Origin: Chthoniobacterales bacterium | GTDB lineage: Bacteria > Verrucomicrobiota > Verrucomicrobiia > Chthoniobacterales > Chthoniobacteraceae | Direction of reading: 5' to 3' | DNA length: 64,000 bases | Assembly: GCA_038207335.1 (NCBI GenBank) | Contig: JBBQZX010000007.1 | Location: 32,001 to 96,000 of the forward strand | In this document: one piece after another, positions 20,430 through 30,253 of the stretch | Position numbering within the stretch: the stretch's first letter is position 1 | Layout: the number at the start of each line of letters is the position of its first letter | The notes under the pieces: generated by a model | Databases searched by the model: none | Seen by the model: only the letters and a program-made list of their open reading frames with translations | Told to the model about the DNA's origin: nothing | Program-made: the position numbers and the translations under genes

Positions 20430-20584
20430 TCGTCCCTACTGAGATCGATACGGATAAGATCCTGCCGATCAGACAGTTATGAATCACTAGCCTTGTCGGA
20501 TAAAATCTCCACCGCGCCGAGGTGTCGCGCGCCACATTTCGCAGTTGGGACAGCCTGTCCCCGACGAGACTTTACCTACCGCTC

Positions 20585-21568
20585 CTACTGGTCGATGAGT
20601 TGCTGGATCTGGGAGGTGTAGCCTTCGTAGGTCTTCACGATGCGCCAGCCGAGGTAGATGACGACTCCGAAGTAGATGAGCTTCGTGAACCAATCGGCGG
20701 CACTTTGGAGCCGAACCAGCGCGTCAGTTTGATAGTTGGCGGCGAGGCGGCGCAGCTCGGCGTCGAGTTCGCCGGATTCTTCACCGATGAGGATGGCGCG
20801 TGTCACCTCCTCGGGAAAAGCGCGGCTGTCCGCGAGGAGCGGGCCGACCTGCGCGCCGTTGCGAATCTCAGGAAGAGCAGCATCGACAGCGGCTCGGATG
20901 CGCCCGCTACGGCTGGCTCGCCCGGCGGCGGTGAGGGCGTCGAGGACGTTCACGCCGGCATCGAGCTCGACCTGATAGATCATGCAAAAACGCGCGATGG
21001 CAAAGCTGCGGCGGAGCTTGCCGATGACCGGGATGGCGCGCAGAAGGCGGTCGGTGCCAGGTTTCATCGCCCCGGCATCGCGCAGAAAGGGGAGCAGGAG
21101 GGCGGCGGCGAGCGCCACGCCGTAGATGATCGCGAAAATCGTGCCGGTCTGCCGCAGATACACGCCGGGGCTGCCGGTGAATAGCGCGGGCAAACCAAGC
21201 GACAGGATGCCGAAATGAAGCACGAAAATCGGGTAGAGCGATTTGCGAATCACGGTCTCGCGGGCAAACGCGAGTGCTTCGAAATAAGTCGCGAGCTGCT
21301 CGAGCCCGTGTTCGAGCTTGCCGCCCTTTTCCACCGCCGCGATCACGCTCGCCTCGGTCTGCGAGATCGCTCCGCGCTGGGCCTCGCAGGCTTCGCCGAC
21401 GGTCGCGCCTGCATCGAGTGCGCTGCGAAGCCGGTTAATGACCGAGTGGAGGGGGCCACGGGTGGTGCGCGAAAGCTTCTCGAGCGCGGAGGGGAACGTG
21501 ACTCCGGCGCGCAGGAGCTGGGCGAGGCTGTGGTAGAAGCTTTGCTTCGCGCGGAGGGGTAGCGGCAC
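20585..21568 (-). CDS. Type II secretion system F / PilC-family inner-membrane platform protein
   Basis: Two T2SSF repeats (LAQLLRAGV...EKGGKLE..L..LA; ELDAGV...IGEESGELD) with intervening TM helices. Confidence 0.9.
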   Translation of the reverse strand: MPLPLRAKQSFYHSLAQLLRAGVTFPSALEKLSRTTRGPLHSVINRLRSALDAGATVGEACEAQRGAISQTEASVIAAVEKGGKLEHGLEQLATYFEALAFARETVIRKSLYPIFVLHFGILSLGLPALFTGSPGVYLRQTGTIFAIIYGVALAAALLLPFLRDAGAMKPGTDRLLRAIPVIGKLRRSFAIARFCMIYQVELDAGVNVLDALTAAGRASRSGRIRAAVDAALPEIRNGAQVGPLLADSRAFPEEVTRAILIGEESGELDAELRRLAANYQTDALVRLQSAADWFTKLIYFGVVIYLGWRIVKTYEGYTSQIQQLIDQ

Positions 21569-21620
21569 TGGAGAGAGTTCGGGGTTTCATCGCCGCGGAT
21601 CAAGGTTTAATCAGGCATGA

Positions 21621-22628
21621 ATGAACCTCGACCGCATCATGGATGCCGCGCTACAGGAGGCCGCACGCGGGATCGGGCATACGAGCCCGAATCCCGCGGT
21701 CGGCGCCGTGATCGTGCGCGGCGGGCGGATCGTTGGGCGCGGTTTTCATTGCAGGGCGGGCACGCTACACGCGGAAATCGAGGCGATCTCGGCTTTGAAA
21801 AATGCAGGGCTCGCGCGCGGCGCGACGCTCTTCGTGACGCTGGAGCCGTGCTCCACTCACGGCCGCACGCCGCCGTGCGTGGAGACGATCATTCGCGCGG
21901 GATTTTCGCATGTCGTGATCGGCGCGATCGACCCAAATCCGGCACACGCCGGACGCGGAGTGGAATTGCTTCGAGCGGCTGGGATTCATGTAACCACGGG
22001 CATTTGCGAACGTGAATGTCGCGAGATGAACGCGGCTTTCAACCGATGGATCGTGACGAGAATGCCGCTCGTGATCGCGAAGGCGGGCATGTCGCTGGAT
22101 GGCCGGCTGACTCGCCCGCCGGGAGAAAGCCAGTGGCTCACGGGCGAGGCGGCCCGGGGGGATGCGATGCAATTGCGCGCGCGAGTCGATGCGATCCTGA
22201 TCGGTGCGAATACGCTTCGGATCGACAATCCGCGCCTCACGGTGCGCGGCATTCCGGACTCACGGCAGCCTTGGCGAGTGGTGCTCACGCGGAGCGACGT
22301 GCTGCCGCGCGACGCGCATCTTTTCACGGACGAGCACCGCGAGAAGACGCTGGTCTTTCGCGGGAAGTCGCTGCGCTCGGTGCTCCGCGAACTCGGACGG
22401 AAGCAGGTCACGAGCGTGTTGATCGAGGGTGGGATGCAGGTGCTCGGCGAGGCGTTCGATCGGCGGCTCGTCGATGAAGTGCGATTTTACGTCGCGCCGA
22501 TTTTGTGCGATGGCCCGGTGCTCACGGTCGGCGGTCGGGGCGTCGGGGCTTCGATGGAAGCGCCCCTGCTGCGGGATGTTTCATATCGAAAAATCGGCGG
22601 CGATTTGTGCTTGGCGGGACGGCTGTAA
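21621..22628 (+). CDS. ribD: Bifunctional riboflavin biosynthesis deaminase/reductase
   Basis: TSPNPAVGAVIV, HAE, TLEPCS.HGRTPPC, SLDG, LIEGG. Confidence 0.96.
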   Translation: MNLDRIMDAALQEAARGIGHTSPNPAVGAVIVRGGRIVGRGFHCRAGTLHAEIEAISALKNAGLARGATLFVTLEPCSTHGRTPPCVETIIRAGFSHVVIGAIDPNPAHAGRGVELLRAAGIHVTTGICERECREMNAAFNRWIVTRMPLVIAKAGMSLDGRLTRPPGESQWLTGEAARGDAMQLRARVDAILIGANTLRIDNPRLTVRGIPDSRQPWRVVLTRSDVLPRDAHLFTDEHREKTLVFRGKSLRSVLRELGRKQVTSVLIEGGMQVLGEAFDRRLVDEVRFYVAPILCDGPVLTVGGRGVGASMEAPLLRDVSYRKIGGDLCLAGRL

Positions 22629-22683
22629 CTTCCACCGCAAGGCACGCGTCTTTGGTCCCGAAACCCAACCCCACCAACCCTCT

Positions 22684-23217
22684 ATGAACCTCGCCGACGT
22701 CTTCACTTTCCTTTTCGTCATCCTCGGATTTCTCATCGTTTTTGTCGGCTACTGGCTGATGGCGGCGGGTCTGTTTCCGCGGTTCGTCGAGCGATGCTCG
22801 GAGCAGATCGGCAGTGCGCCGGTGAAGACGACGCTGCTCGGGCTGTCCACACTTGGTCCGATCGTGGTGATCGGGTTGACGATCAGCAGCAAGGCGCCGA
22901 ATGCGGCAGCGAAAGTCGTTGGAATCGCATTCGCTTTGCTGGCCTTGCTCGGCGCGCTTTTCGGCTCTGCGGGGCTCGCGCATCGGATCGGCGCGGGATT
23001 GCGCTCGGAGCGGGATGAGCGCGATCCATGGCGACGCAATTTGCGCGGCGGTGTGGTGCTCGCGCTGACGTTCGTAATGCCGTTTCTCGGGACGTTCGTC
23101 GTGATGCCGTTTGCGTTCGTCGCAGGCTTCGGGGCATTCGTCATTGCGGTGTTCAAACGCCGCGCGGCGGTCGTTTCCGAGCCTGCACCCGCAGCCATCC
23201 CCGCCCCGATTTTGTGA
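22684..23217 (+). CDS. Multi-TM membrane protein, first gene of the DUF1800/DUF1501 operon
   Basis: Four to five hydrophobic helices; its stop overlaps the next GTG start (GTGA). Confidence 0.8.
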   Translation: MNLADVFTFLFVILGFLIVFVGYWLMAAGLFPRFVERCSEQIGSAPVKTTLLGLSTLGPIVVIGLTISSKAPNAAAKVVGIAFALLALLGALFGSAGLAHRIGAGLRSERDERDPWRRNLRGGVVLALTFVMPFLGTFVVMPFAFVAGFGAFVIAVFKRRAAVVSEPAPAAIPAPIL

Positions 23218-24776
23218 ACTTCTCGCGTCGAACATTTCTCACGCTCGGCGCGGGCGCGCTCGCCGGAATCGGCGCGGGCTGCGATCCGAAGCGGGCGCGC
23301 ACGGACATCTGGCGCAGGATCGGCAAGCCGACCGCAATGCCGATGGATGGCTCGCTCAAAGCTCCCGCTGGCACGGAAATCGACGAGGTTTCTCACGCGA
23401 TTTCGCGCCTCACTTTCGGCGCGCGCGCCGGGGAATATGCACGCGTCGCCGCGATGGGGACGCCCGCTTTTCTCGATGAGCAACTCGCACCGGAGACGAT
23501 TGACGACTGGCAGTGCGAGCGGGTGATTCGCCACGAATTCGACGAGCTCGGAGAACCAGCGAGTCGCTTCTTTCAACGGAAGGCAAACCTCACAGATCCG
23601 CTCCAGCAGATGTTTCCCGGGCTGCGGACGGGCGGGGCACGCGTCGGCGATTTGTATGAATTCAAAGAGAAAGTGCTGCTCAGCGACCTGACGCGCGCGA
23701 CGATTTTGCGCGCGGTTTTGAGCAAGCGGCAGCTCTTCGAGGTGATGGTCGGATTCTGGAGCGACCACTTTAACATCGACCCCTCAAAGGCGGAGTGTAA
23801 GTGGCTGAAGACTGCCGACGATCGCGATGTGATCCGGGGTCACGCGCTCGGGAATTTCCGCGAGATGGTGCGGGCGAGCGCGCTGAGCCCGGCGATGCTA
23901 TGGTATCTCGACGGACGCGTGAACCGGAGCAAAGACGCGACCGAGAAGCCGAATGAAAATTACGCGCGCGAGCTGATGGAGCTGCACACGCTCGGCGTGC
24001 ACGGTGGCTACACGCAGCAGGATGTGATGGAGGTCGCGCGCTGCCTGACGGGCTGGACCGTGCGCGACCAGAAAAAGTTCTTCAAAGGGCGCGTGGAATT
24101 TCACGTGGACCTGCACGACGACGGTGCGAAGCGGCTGCTCGACGTGGACATCCCGGCAGGTGGCGGCGCGCGCGATCTTGACCGTCTGCTCGACATCGTG
24201 GCGCTGCATCCGAGCACCGCGCGGCACATCGCGTGGAAGCTGTGCCGGCGCTTCATCGCGGACGAGCCTCCGGTCGCGGCGATCGATGCGACGGCGCGCG
24301 CGTTCACCGAATCGAAGGGGGATATCTGCACGACTTTGCGCGCGCTTTTTACGACGCCGGAGTTTCGCGCGCCGGAGTTTCGCGCGGTGAAATTCAAGCG
24401 TCCGCTGCATTTCGTCGTGTCGGCGCTGCGGGCATCGAATGCGGAGACGAATGCGTCGAACGAACTCGTCCAACTGCTGCTGCGGCTCGGTCAAGCGCCG
24501 TTCCGGTATCCGACTCCCGACGGATACCCGGAGGAGGCATCGCACTGGCAGAGCACGCTGCTGTGGAGGTGGAATTTCGCGGCGGCTCTCGCGCAAAATG
24601 ACATCAAGGGAACGAGCGTGGATTTCGAGAAACTGAGCGGCGCGCTCGGCGGGGACGAGGCGGTGATGGCGACGTTTTTAGGACGGCTTCCTGGCGAAGC
24701 GGAGCGCGCGGCTTTTCACGCGTCCGGATCGGGGCTCGCGTTGCTGGTGGCCTCTCCGGCGTTTCAGCGGTGCTGA
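23214..24776 (+). CDS. DUF1800 family protein with Tat-lipoprotein signal
   Basis: NFSRRTFL...AGIGAGC, SRLTFG, FWSDHFN, AML.YLD, PNENYARELMELHTLG, PDGYP. Confidence 0.92.
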   Translation: MNFSRRTFLTLGAGALAGIGAGCDPKRARTDIWRRIGKPTAMPMDGSLKAPAGTEIDEVSHAISRLTFGARAGEYARVAAMGTPAFLDEQLAPETIDDWQCERVIRHEFDELGEPASRFFQRKANLTDPLQQMFPGLRTGGARVGDLYEFKEKVLLSDLTRATILRAVLSKRQLFEVMVGFWSDHFNIDPSKAECKWLKTADDRDVIRGHALGNFREMVRASALSPAMLWYLDGRVNRSKDATEKPNENYARELMELHTLGVHGGYTQQDVMEVARCLTGWTVRDQKKFFKGRVEFHVDLHDDGAKRLLDVDIPAGGGARDLDRLLDIVALHPSTARHIAWKLCRRFIADEPPVAAIDATARAFTESKGDICTTLRALFTTPEFRAPEFRAVKFKRPLHFVVSALRASNAETNASNELVQLLLRLGQAPFRYPTPDGYPEEASHWQSTLLWRWNFAAALAQNDIKGTSVDFEKLSGALGGDEAVMATFLGRLPGEAERAAFHASGSGLALLVASPAFQRC

Positions 24777-24780
24777 TTTT

Positions 24781-25923
24781 ATGAACGCTCCACAGGCTCT
24801 CATCACCGGCAATGGCGACGCGCGGCAGACGCTCATCGTCGTGTTTCTGCGCGGCGCGGCGGACGGGCTTTCGCTCGTGCCGCCGATCGAGGACGACGCG
24901 TATTACAAAGCGCGCCCACGCATCGGCATCCCAAAAAACGAGGCGGTAAAGCTCAACGGATTTTTCGGCCTTCATCCGAATCTCGCGCCCCTGTCGCCGG
25001 CATTCGCGGAGGGTGATCTCGCAATCATCCACAGCGCGGGATCGGAGGATCAGACGCGCTCGCATTTTGAAGCGCAGGACTTGATGGAGCACGGCGGCGT
25101 CGCGGCTGGCGGCTGGCTCGGGCGTTTTCTACGCGCGCGTCCGGCTCCGGCGAGCGGCGCGCTCGCTTGCGTGGCAGTGGGAAAGGCGCTCCCGGAATGC
25201 CTCCTCGGCGCGCCGACGGTGACCGTCATGCAGACGCTCAACGACTTTGCGCTCGGCGCAAAATCGCCCGCGCTGCGGCCCGAGCTCGAGCGGCTCTACG
25301 CGATGGAAACTGGCCAACTCGGCATCAGCGCGCGCGATACTTTCGACGCGCTCCTCCGGATCGACGCGATGCGCACGACACCCTACGAACCGGCGAATGG
25401 CGCGGCGTACGACACGGACGAATTTTCCGACGGGCTGCGCCAACTCGCGCGACTCATCAAGGCGGACGTCGGGCTCGAAGCCGCGTCGATCGACATCGAC
25501 GGTTGGGACTCGCACTTCACGCAGCAGACGCTGCTCCCGCCGCTCGTGGCAAAGCTCGCGACCGGACTCGCGGCGTTCCGAAAAGACCTCGGAGCGCGCA
25601 TGGCCACGACGACGGTCGTCGTAATGACCGAGTTCGGCCGCACCGTGCAGGAGAATTCCGCGTTTGGCACCGATCACGGACGTGGCGGCGCGATGTTCGT
25701 GATGGGCGGCGGCGTGCGCGGCGGCAAAGTCCACGGCGAATGGCGTGGCCTCGGCGAGCTGGAAAAGCGCGGGCTCAGCGACAGCTACGCCGACCTCCCG
25801 GTGCGCAATAACTACCGCAACATCCTCGCCCCGATCCTCCAGCGCCACGGTGCAGCATCAGAGCAACTCGCCTCGATCTTCCCAAATTTCGCGCTGACTC
25901 CGCTCGGAATCTACGCCGCCTAA
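24781..25923 (+). CDS. DUF1501 family protein
   Basis: VVFLRGAADGLSLVPP..D..YY.ARP, FGLHP.L, RSHFEAQ, GWDSH, MTEFGRT..EN...GTDHG. Confidence 0.92.
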   Translation: MNAPQALITGNGDARQTLIVVFLRGAADGLSLVPPIEDDAYYKARPRIGIPKNEAVKLNGFFGLHPNLAPLSPAFAEGDLAIIHSAGSEDQTRSHFEAQDLMEHGGVAAGGWLGRFLRARPAPASGALACVAVGKALPECLLGAPTVTVMQTLNDFALGAKSPALRPELERLYAMETGQLGISARDTFDALLRIDAMRTTPYEPANGAAYDTDEFSDGLRQLARLIKADVGLEAASIDIDGWDSHFTQQTLLPPLVAKLATGLAAFRKDLGARMATTTVVVMTEFGRTVQENSAFGTDHGRGGAMFVMGGGVRGGKVHGEWRGLGELEKRGLSDSYADLPVRNNYRNILAPILQRHGAASEQLASIFPNFALTPLGIYAA

Positions 25924-28127
25924 TTCCGCTCCACTCGCAGCCGCAGGAAGCGCGGGCTGTCGGGCGATGCGGCCACATTATCCCGCACGACGATCGTCTC
26001 CGTCGTGCCCGTGGTGTGTGAAACTTCCGTCGTCACCGCGTTGCTCGGCATGCTCGCCGTGTCGGAGTAGGTCGAGCCGTCGGCCCAATTCTGCAAGTCG
26101 CTGCTCGCCTGCACGATGAACGTAAGGTCGGTGGCGCCCGCGTTTCTCGAAAAAGTCAGCGTAGCGAAATCCGTCCCATCGAGCACAGGCGCAGCGTCGG
26201 CGCGCGGGCTCAGCGGATCGGAGTTGTAGGCGAATTCCAGCAGATTCGAGATGCCGTCGCCGTCGGGGTCGGCATCACTCGCGGCCTGCGGTACGGTGAG
26301 GATCGCGCCGAATTTCGCCTTTCGCCACTGGTCGAATGGCGTCTCTCGGATCGTCACGAGCAGCGTCGCTGCACGGTCGATCACCGCGAGGCCAGTCGGG
26401 TTCGAGATCAAAATCCTAAAGTATTCGTCCACCTCGACGATCGAGTCGGAAAGGATCGGAATCCGAATGGTTCGCGGAGTGGAATCGCCCGCGGCCCAAT
26501 CGAACGTTCCGCTCATGGCCGTGTAATCCGTGCCCGCGCCCGCGGTGCCGTTGCCGGTCGCGAAGCTCACGCTCACCGGGTCGGAAAGGTCGCCGCTGCG
26601 GAGGATCGGGATGTCCACGAAGCCGGCTCGCTCGCTCACCGTCACGGTTCCGAATCCGAAATTCACCGCGCCACAACTGAAGGTGATTTCAAGCGCAGGA
26701 GGATTCGAAGCGGCCTCCGCCGACGCAAATATCCAGCGGGGCGCGCTCGTCGTCTGAATCGTCCAGCCGTCGTTTTCCGCCCCACTTTCCCATGAACGAA
26801 CCGCCACCGTGGCATCAAACGATGTCACCGACGTGAATCCCAATTCCGCGTTGGGGACTGCCGTGGCGTCCGACAGGATTGCAGCCTCCGAGTCGTCCGT
26901 CGAGACGCCCGCCGCGAGCGAATCCCATGTGCTCGAGTCGGACCACGGCCGGAGCATTCGGTGCATTCGCATCTTTCCCGCCGAACCCGTAGTCGTGCCG
27001 AGGAAAAGTTTCGCCGACTCGATGTTCACGCTTGCGGGAAGCTGCGATGGTGACGCACCGAAAAGGTCATCGAAACCGACCAGCGCCTGCACCCGTGCGC
27101 CCGTGCCGCCGGCCGGGGCGAGCGAGGTGGCGGTTTCGTTCGATGCAGCCGGCGACGCCTCCGAGATCGACGTGTCGTGCGTGCCCGCGTATCCGGCGAG
27201 ACCATTTTGAAAAACCCGCGTGTTCACCGGCAACTCGCCCGTAAAGACGCCGGTGAGTGGTTGCACCTCCGCCGAGCGGCCGGAATGCGCTAGCCCGAAA
27301 AGATCCTCCAGCGTGTGCAGGACATTGTGGATCGTCCAGCTCCCGGCGTTGAGCGTGCCGTCGCGCAGATTCGCGCCGTAGAAAATCGCCGGGATTCGAT
27401 TGGCCGTTTGAAAATTATCCTCGTCCCAAATGACAATAAGCAGGCTGTTGTGCGTCTTCGCCCACTCGGCATACGCGCTCACTCTTTGCGAGAGCCACGC
27501 GTCGCCGGACGCCACGCCGAAGTCGTGCATGTTGTTGGCATTGTTCGGGATGACGAAAGCCAGGGTCGGCAGCGTGTTGAAATTTGACGGGAACGTCCCA
27601 AACGTCTGGTGCAGCGATGGCGAAAGTTGGTTCGCGGCGAGAGCGCCCGTTTTCATCCAGTTCGTCCACGGGCAATGCCGCCGATAGTAGTAGCCGGCAG
27701 CCTCGGTCGTGATGTCACCAGCGGCGGGGAGGCTCTCGGAGTACGCCTTGAAAGTGCGGCCCGATGCGATCAGCGCGGCACCGAGATTCGGCGTTGAGAA
27801 CGGAGTACCGACGGCAGGCGAGTCACCTGTCACGCCTTGGTTGTCGCCAGAGAAAAACTCGTGGTAATTCGGCTGACTCGGGTGCGTCACCGAGCGCATG
27901 TTCGTAAAGGACACCCCGCCATTCGCGAGTGAGTTGATGTAAGGCGCGGCGGTGCTCCCGATGATCTGCCCGTAGCCTTCGTTCTCCTCGATCACCACGA
28001 CCAAATGATCGTAGCTCGGCAGCATCGCTTGCGCCGCGCCGCCCAGCATCCAGTAAGCCGCGAGCAGCGCCGCAGCCTGACATTTTCCAAAAACAACACC
28101 TCGGGGGAGCCTCATCGCGCGCTTCAT
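25920..28127 (-). CDS. Secreted phosphoesterase (acid phosphatase/PLC family) with DNRLRE-like, Calx-beta and C-terminal DxDGDG module
   Basis: HLVVVIEEN, THPSQPNY, Y.RRHCPW, NNMHD, WDED; then FQNG..GY.GT.DT; then Calx-beta (GTA.AGTDY...D..VE.DEYF); C-terminus RFLRLRV. Start is 28127 or 28115. Confidence 0.87.
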   Translation of the reverse strand: MKRAMRLPRGVVFGKCQAAALLAAYWMLGGAAQAMLPSYDHLVVVIEENEGYGQIIGSTAAPYINSLANGGVSFTNMRSVTHPSQPNYHEFFSGDNQGVTGDSPAVGTPFSTPNLGAALIASGRTFKAYSESLPAAGDITTEAAGYYYRRHCPWTNWMKTGALAANQLSPSLHQTFGTFPSNFNTLPTLAFVIPNNANNMHDFGVASGDAWLSQRVSAYAEWAKTHNSLLIVIWDEDNFQTANRIPAIFYGANLRDGTLNAGSWTIHNVLHTLEDLFGLAHSGRSAEVQPLTGVFTGELPVNTRVFQNGLAGYAGTHDTSISEASPAASNETATSLAPAGGTGARVQALVGFDDLFGASPSQLPASVNIESAKLFLGTTTGSAGKMRMHRMLRPWSDSSTWDSLAAGVSTDDSEAAILSDATAVPNAELGFTSVTSFDATVAVRSWESGAENDGWTIQTTSAPRWIFASAEAASNPPALEITFSCGAVNFGFGTVTVSERAGFVDIPILRSGDLSDPVSVSFATGNGTAGAGTDYTAMSGTFDWAAGDSTPRTIRIPILSDSIVEVDEYFRILISNPTGLAVIDRAATLLVTIRETPFDQWRKAKFGAILTVPQAASDADPDGDGISNLLEFAYNSDPLSPRADAAPVLDGTDFATLTFSRNAGATDLTFIVQASSDLQNWADGSTYSDTASMPSNAVTTEVSHTTGTTETIVVRDNVAASPDSPRFLRLRVERN

Positions 28128-28237
28128 TTCCGCGCACGGTAAGAGCGAATTGTCGTGCCGCAACAAATGACGCAGCAGCCGGCGCGCCGACATTCCGTTT
28201 GCCTAGCTTTCGCGGCGCGCCGATAGTCCCGACCCTT

Positions 28238-29608
28238 ATGACTCTGACTGAAAAAATCCTCGCGCGCGCCAGCGGAAAATCGCGCGTCGAGGCCGGCGAC
28301 AACGTGTGGGTAAATGTGGACGTCCTCATGACGCACGACGTGTGCGGCCCAGGGACCATCGGCGTCTTCAAGCGCGAATTCGGCAACGACGCGAAGGTGT
28401 GGGACGCGCAGAAAGTCGTCATCATCCCCGACCACTACATTTTCACCGCCGACAGCATGTCGAACCGCAACGTGGACATCCTCCGCGACTTCGTGCGCGA
28501 GCAGCAGTTGCCCTATTTTTACGACGTCATCGACGACCCGAATGGCCACTGGCAATTCGACGCCAGCAAAGGCCTGCACGACCGCCAGCACGGCTCGAAA
28601 TACACCGGCGTCTGCCACACCACGCTCCCGTGGAAAGGCCACCTGCGGCCCGGCGAAATCCTCTTCGGCACCGACTCGCACACCTGCATGGCCGGCGCGT
28701 TCAATCAATTCGCCACCGGCATCGGGAATACAGACGCCGGCTTCATCCTCGGCACCGGCAAGCTGCTGATCAAAGTGCCGGAATCAATGCGCTTTTTCCT
28801 CGAGGGAAAAATGCAGCCCGGCGTCATGGCGAAAGACGTGATCCTGCATGTCATCGGCGACATCGGCTTCGACGGCGCGACCTACCGCGCGATGCAGTGG
28901 GAAGGCCCAGGCGTCAACGCGATGAACATGGACGACCGCATGACGATCGCGAACATGGCGATCGAGGCAGGGGGTAAAAATGCGATGTTTCCCTGCGACG
29001 AAAAGACCATCGAATACGTCAACGCGCGGACTGCCGAAAACGGCACGAAGAGCGACTTCGAGCCGGTCGAGCTCGATGCGGAGCAGACCTTCATCTACGA
29101 CAAAAAGTTCGACCTCTCCGCGCTCGAGCCGACCGTCGCGTGCCACCCCGACCCGGGCAATCGCCGGCTCGCGAAAGAGATGAGTGATGTCACACTCGAC
29201 CGCGCCTACATCGGCTCGTGCACGGGTGGAAAAACGAGCGACTTCCTGGCATTCGCGGAGGTCGTGCGCGGCAAGACCGTGAAGATCGACACCTTCGGAG
29301 TGCCCGCCACGACGAAAGTCGTGCAGGAACTCAAAGACATGCACGTCGATGGGAAAAGCGTCTGGTCCATCTTGGAAAGCGCCGGCGTCCGCATGACCGA
29401 AAACGCCTCCTGCGCCGCCTGCCTCGGTGGCCCCGTCGATACCTTTGGCCGCCTCAACACGCCGATGAAATGCATCAGCGCGACCAACCGAAATTTCCCC
29501 GGCCGCATGGGAAACAAGGAGAGCCAGGTCTTCCTCGCGAGTCCCTACACCGTCGCAGCCAGCGCCCTCACCGGCCACGTCACCGACCCGCGGGAATTTA
29601 TCAGCTAA
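28238..29608 (+). CDS. leuC: 3-isopropylmalate dehydratase large subunit (plant-like type)
   Basis: MTLTEKILA, THDVCGPG, IPDHY, GVCH, GTDSHTC, IGSCTGG, SCAACLGG, TNRNFPGRMG. Confidence 0.93.
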   Translation: MTLTEKILARASGKSRVEAGDNVWVNVDVLMTHDVCGPGTIGVFKREFGNDAKVWDAQKVVIIPDHYIFTADSMSNRNVDILRDFVREQQLPYFYDVIDDPNGHWQFDASKGLHDRQHGSKYTGVCHTTLPWKGHLRPGEILFGTDSHTCMAGAFNQFATGIGNTDAGFILGTGKLLIKVPESMRFFLEGKMQPGVMAKDVILHVIGDIGFDGATYRAMQWEGPGVNAMNMDDRMTIANMAIEAGGKNAMFPCDEKTIEYVNARTAENGTKSDFEPVELDAEQTFIYDKKFDLSALEPTVACHPDPGNRRLAKEMSDVTLDRAYIGSCTGGKTSDFLAFAEVVRGKTVKIDTFGVPATTKVVQELKDMHVDGKSVWSILESAGVRMTENASCAACLGGPVDTFGRLNTPMKCISATNRNFPGRMGNKESQVFLASPYTVAASALTGHVTDPREFIS

Positions 29609-29760
29609 TCCCGAGCCTCCAGCTCGGGACGATGGCGCCCAGAGGCTCGGCTTTCGTCGCGTCTTCGGGTGTCCGGGCGCGCATTGCGAATATCGCAATG
29701 ACGTTCCTTGCAAACGGGTCTGGCAATGCCTCGCGAGTTTTTGAGACTTCCACGCAAACG

Positions 29761-30222
29761 ATGCGACTGCCGATCTTCATGCTTTTCTGCTGCGCCGCGC
29801 TCGCCGCGTGCGCCACGAAAGCTCCAGTCCTGCCCGGCAGCAAATACATGGTGATCGTGGAAAAAACGCCCTTCTACAAATACGGCCCCGCGCAGACATT
29901 CGGTGCCGATTTTCAACTCCTGAAAGACCAGCGTGTGACGATGATCCAACGCTCCTTCGGCTACAGCCGCGTGATGACCGCCGACGGTGTCACCGGCTTC
30001 GTCCCGAGCGACGACCTCGGCCTCGCACCGCCCGAGCCCGTCGTCCGCGCCACACCCGCGCCGAAGTTCGGCGGCCTCTTCTCCGGCAAGCCAAAGCGCA
30101 GCAACGTCGAGTCCACTCCCGGCTCCCCGCTCTTCGACACCAGCGAATTTCCCGCCGCTCCCCTGCCCGACAAACCCGAGCCAAAAGGCCCGCCAAAACC
30201 CGCGCCAAGATTCCGTTTCTAA
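29761..30222 (+). CDS. Putative lipoprotein with SH3-like domain and Pro-rich tail
   Basis: Lipobox LAAC; FYKYGPAQ...L.KDQRVTM..RSFGYSRV...DG.TGFV resembles a bacterial SH3 fold. Confidence 0.75.
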   Translation: MRLPIFMLFCCAALAACATKAPVLPGSKYMVIVEKTPFYKYGPAQTFGADFQLLKDQRVTMIQRSFGYSRVMTADGVTGFVPSDDLGLAPPEPVVRATPAPKFGGLFSGKPKRSNVESTPGSPLFDTSEFPAAPLPDKPEPKGPPKPAPRFRF

Positions 30223-30253
30223 ACTCCGCCTGCGACGCTTTCTTCTCACCACT

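Noticed and set aside
21569..21620. FMN riboswitch upstream of ribD
   Set aside because: Only 52 nt of intergenic space and no RFN consensus.
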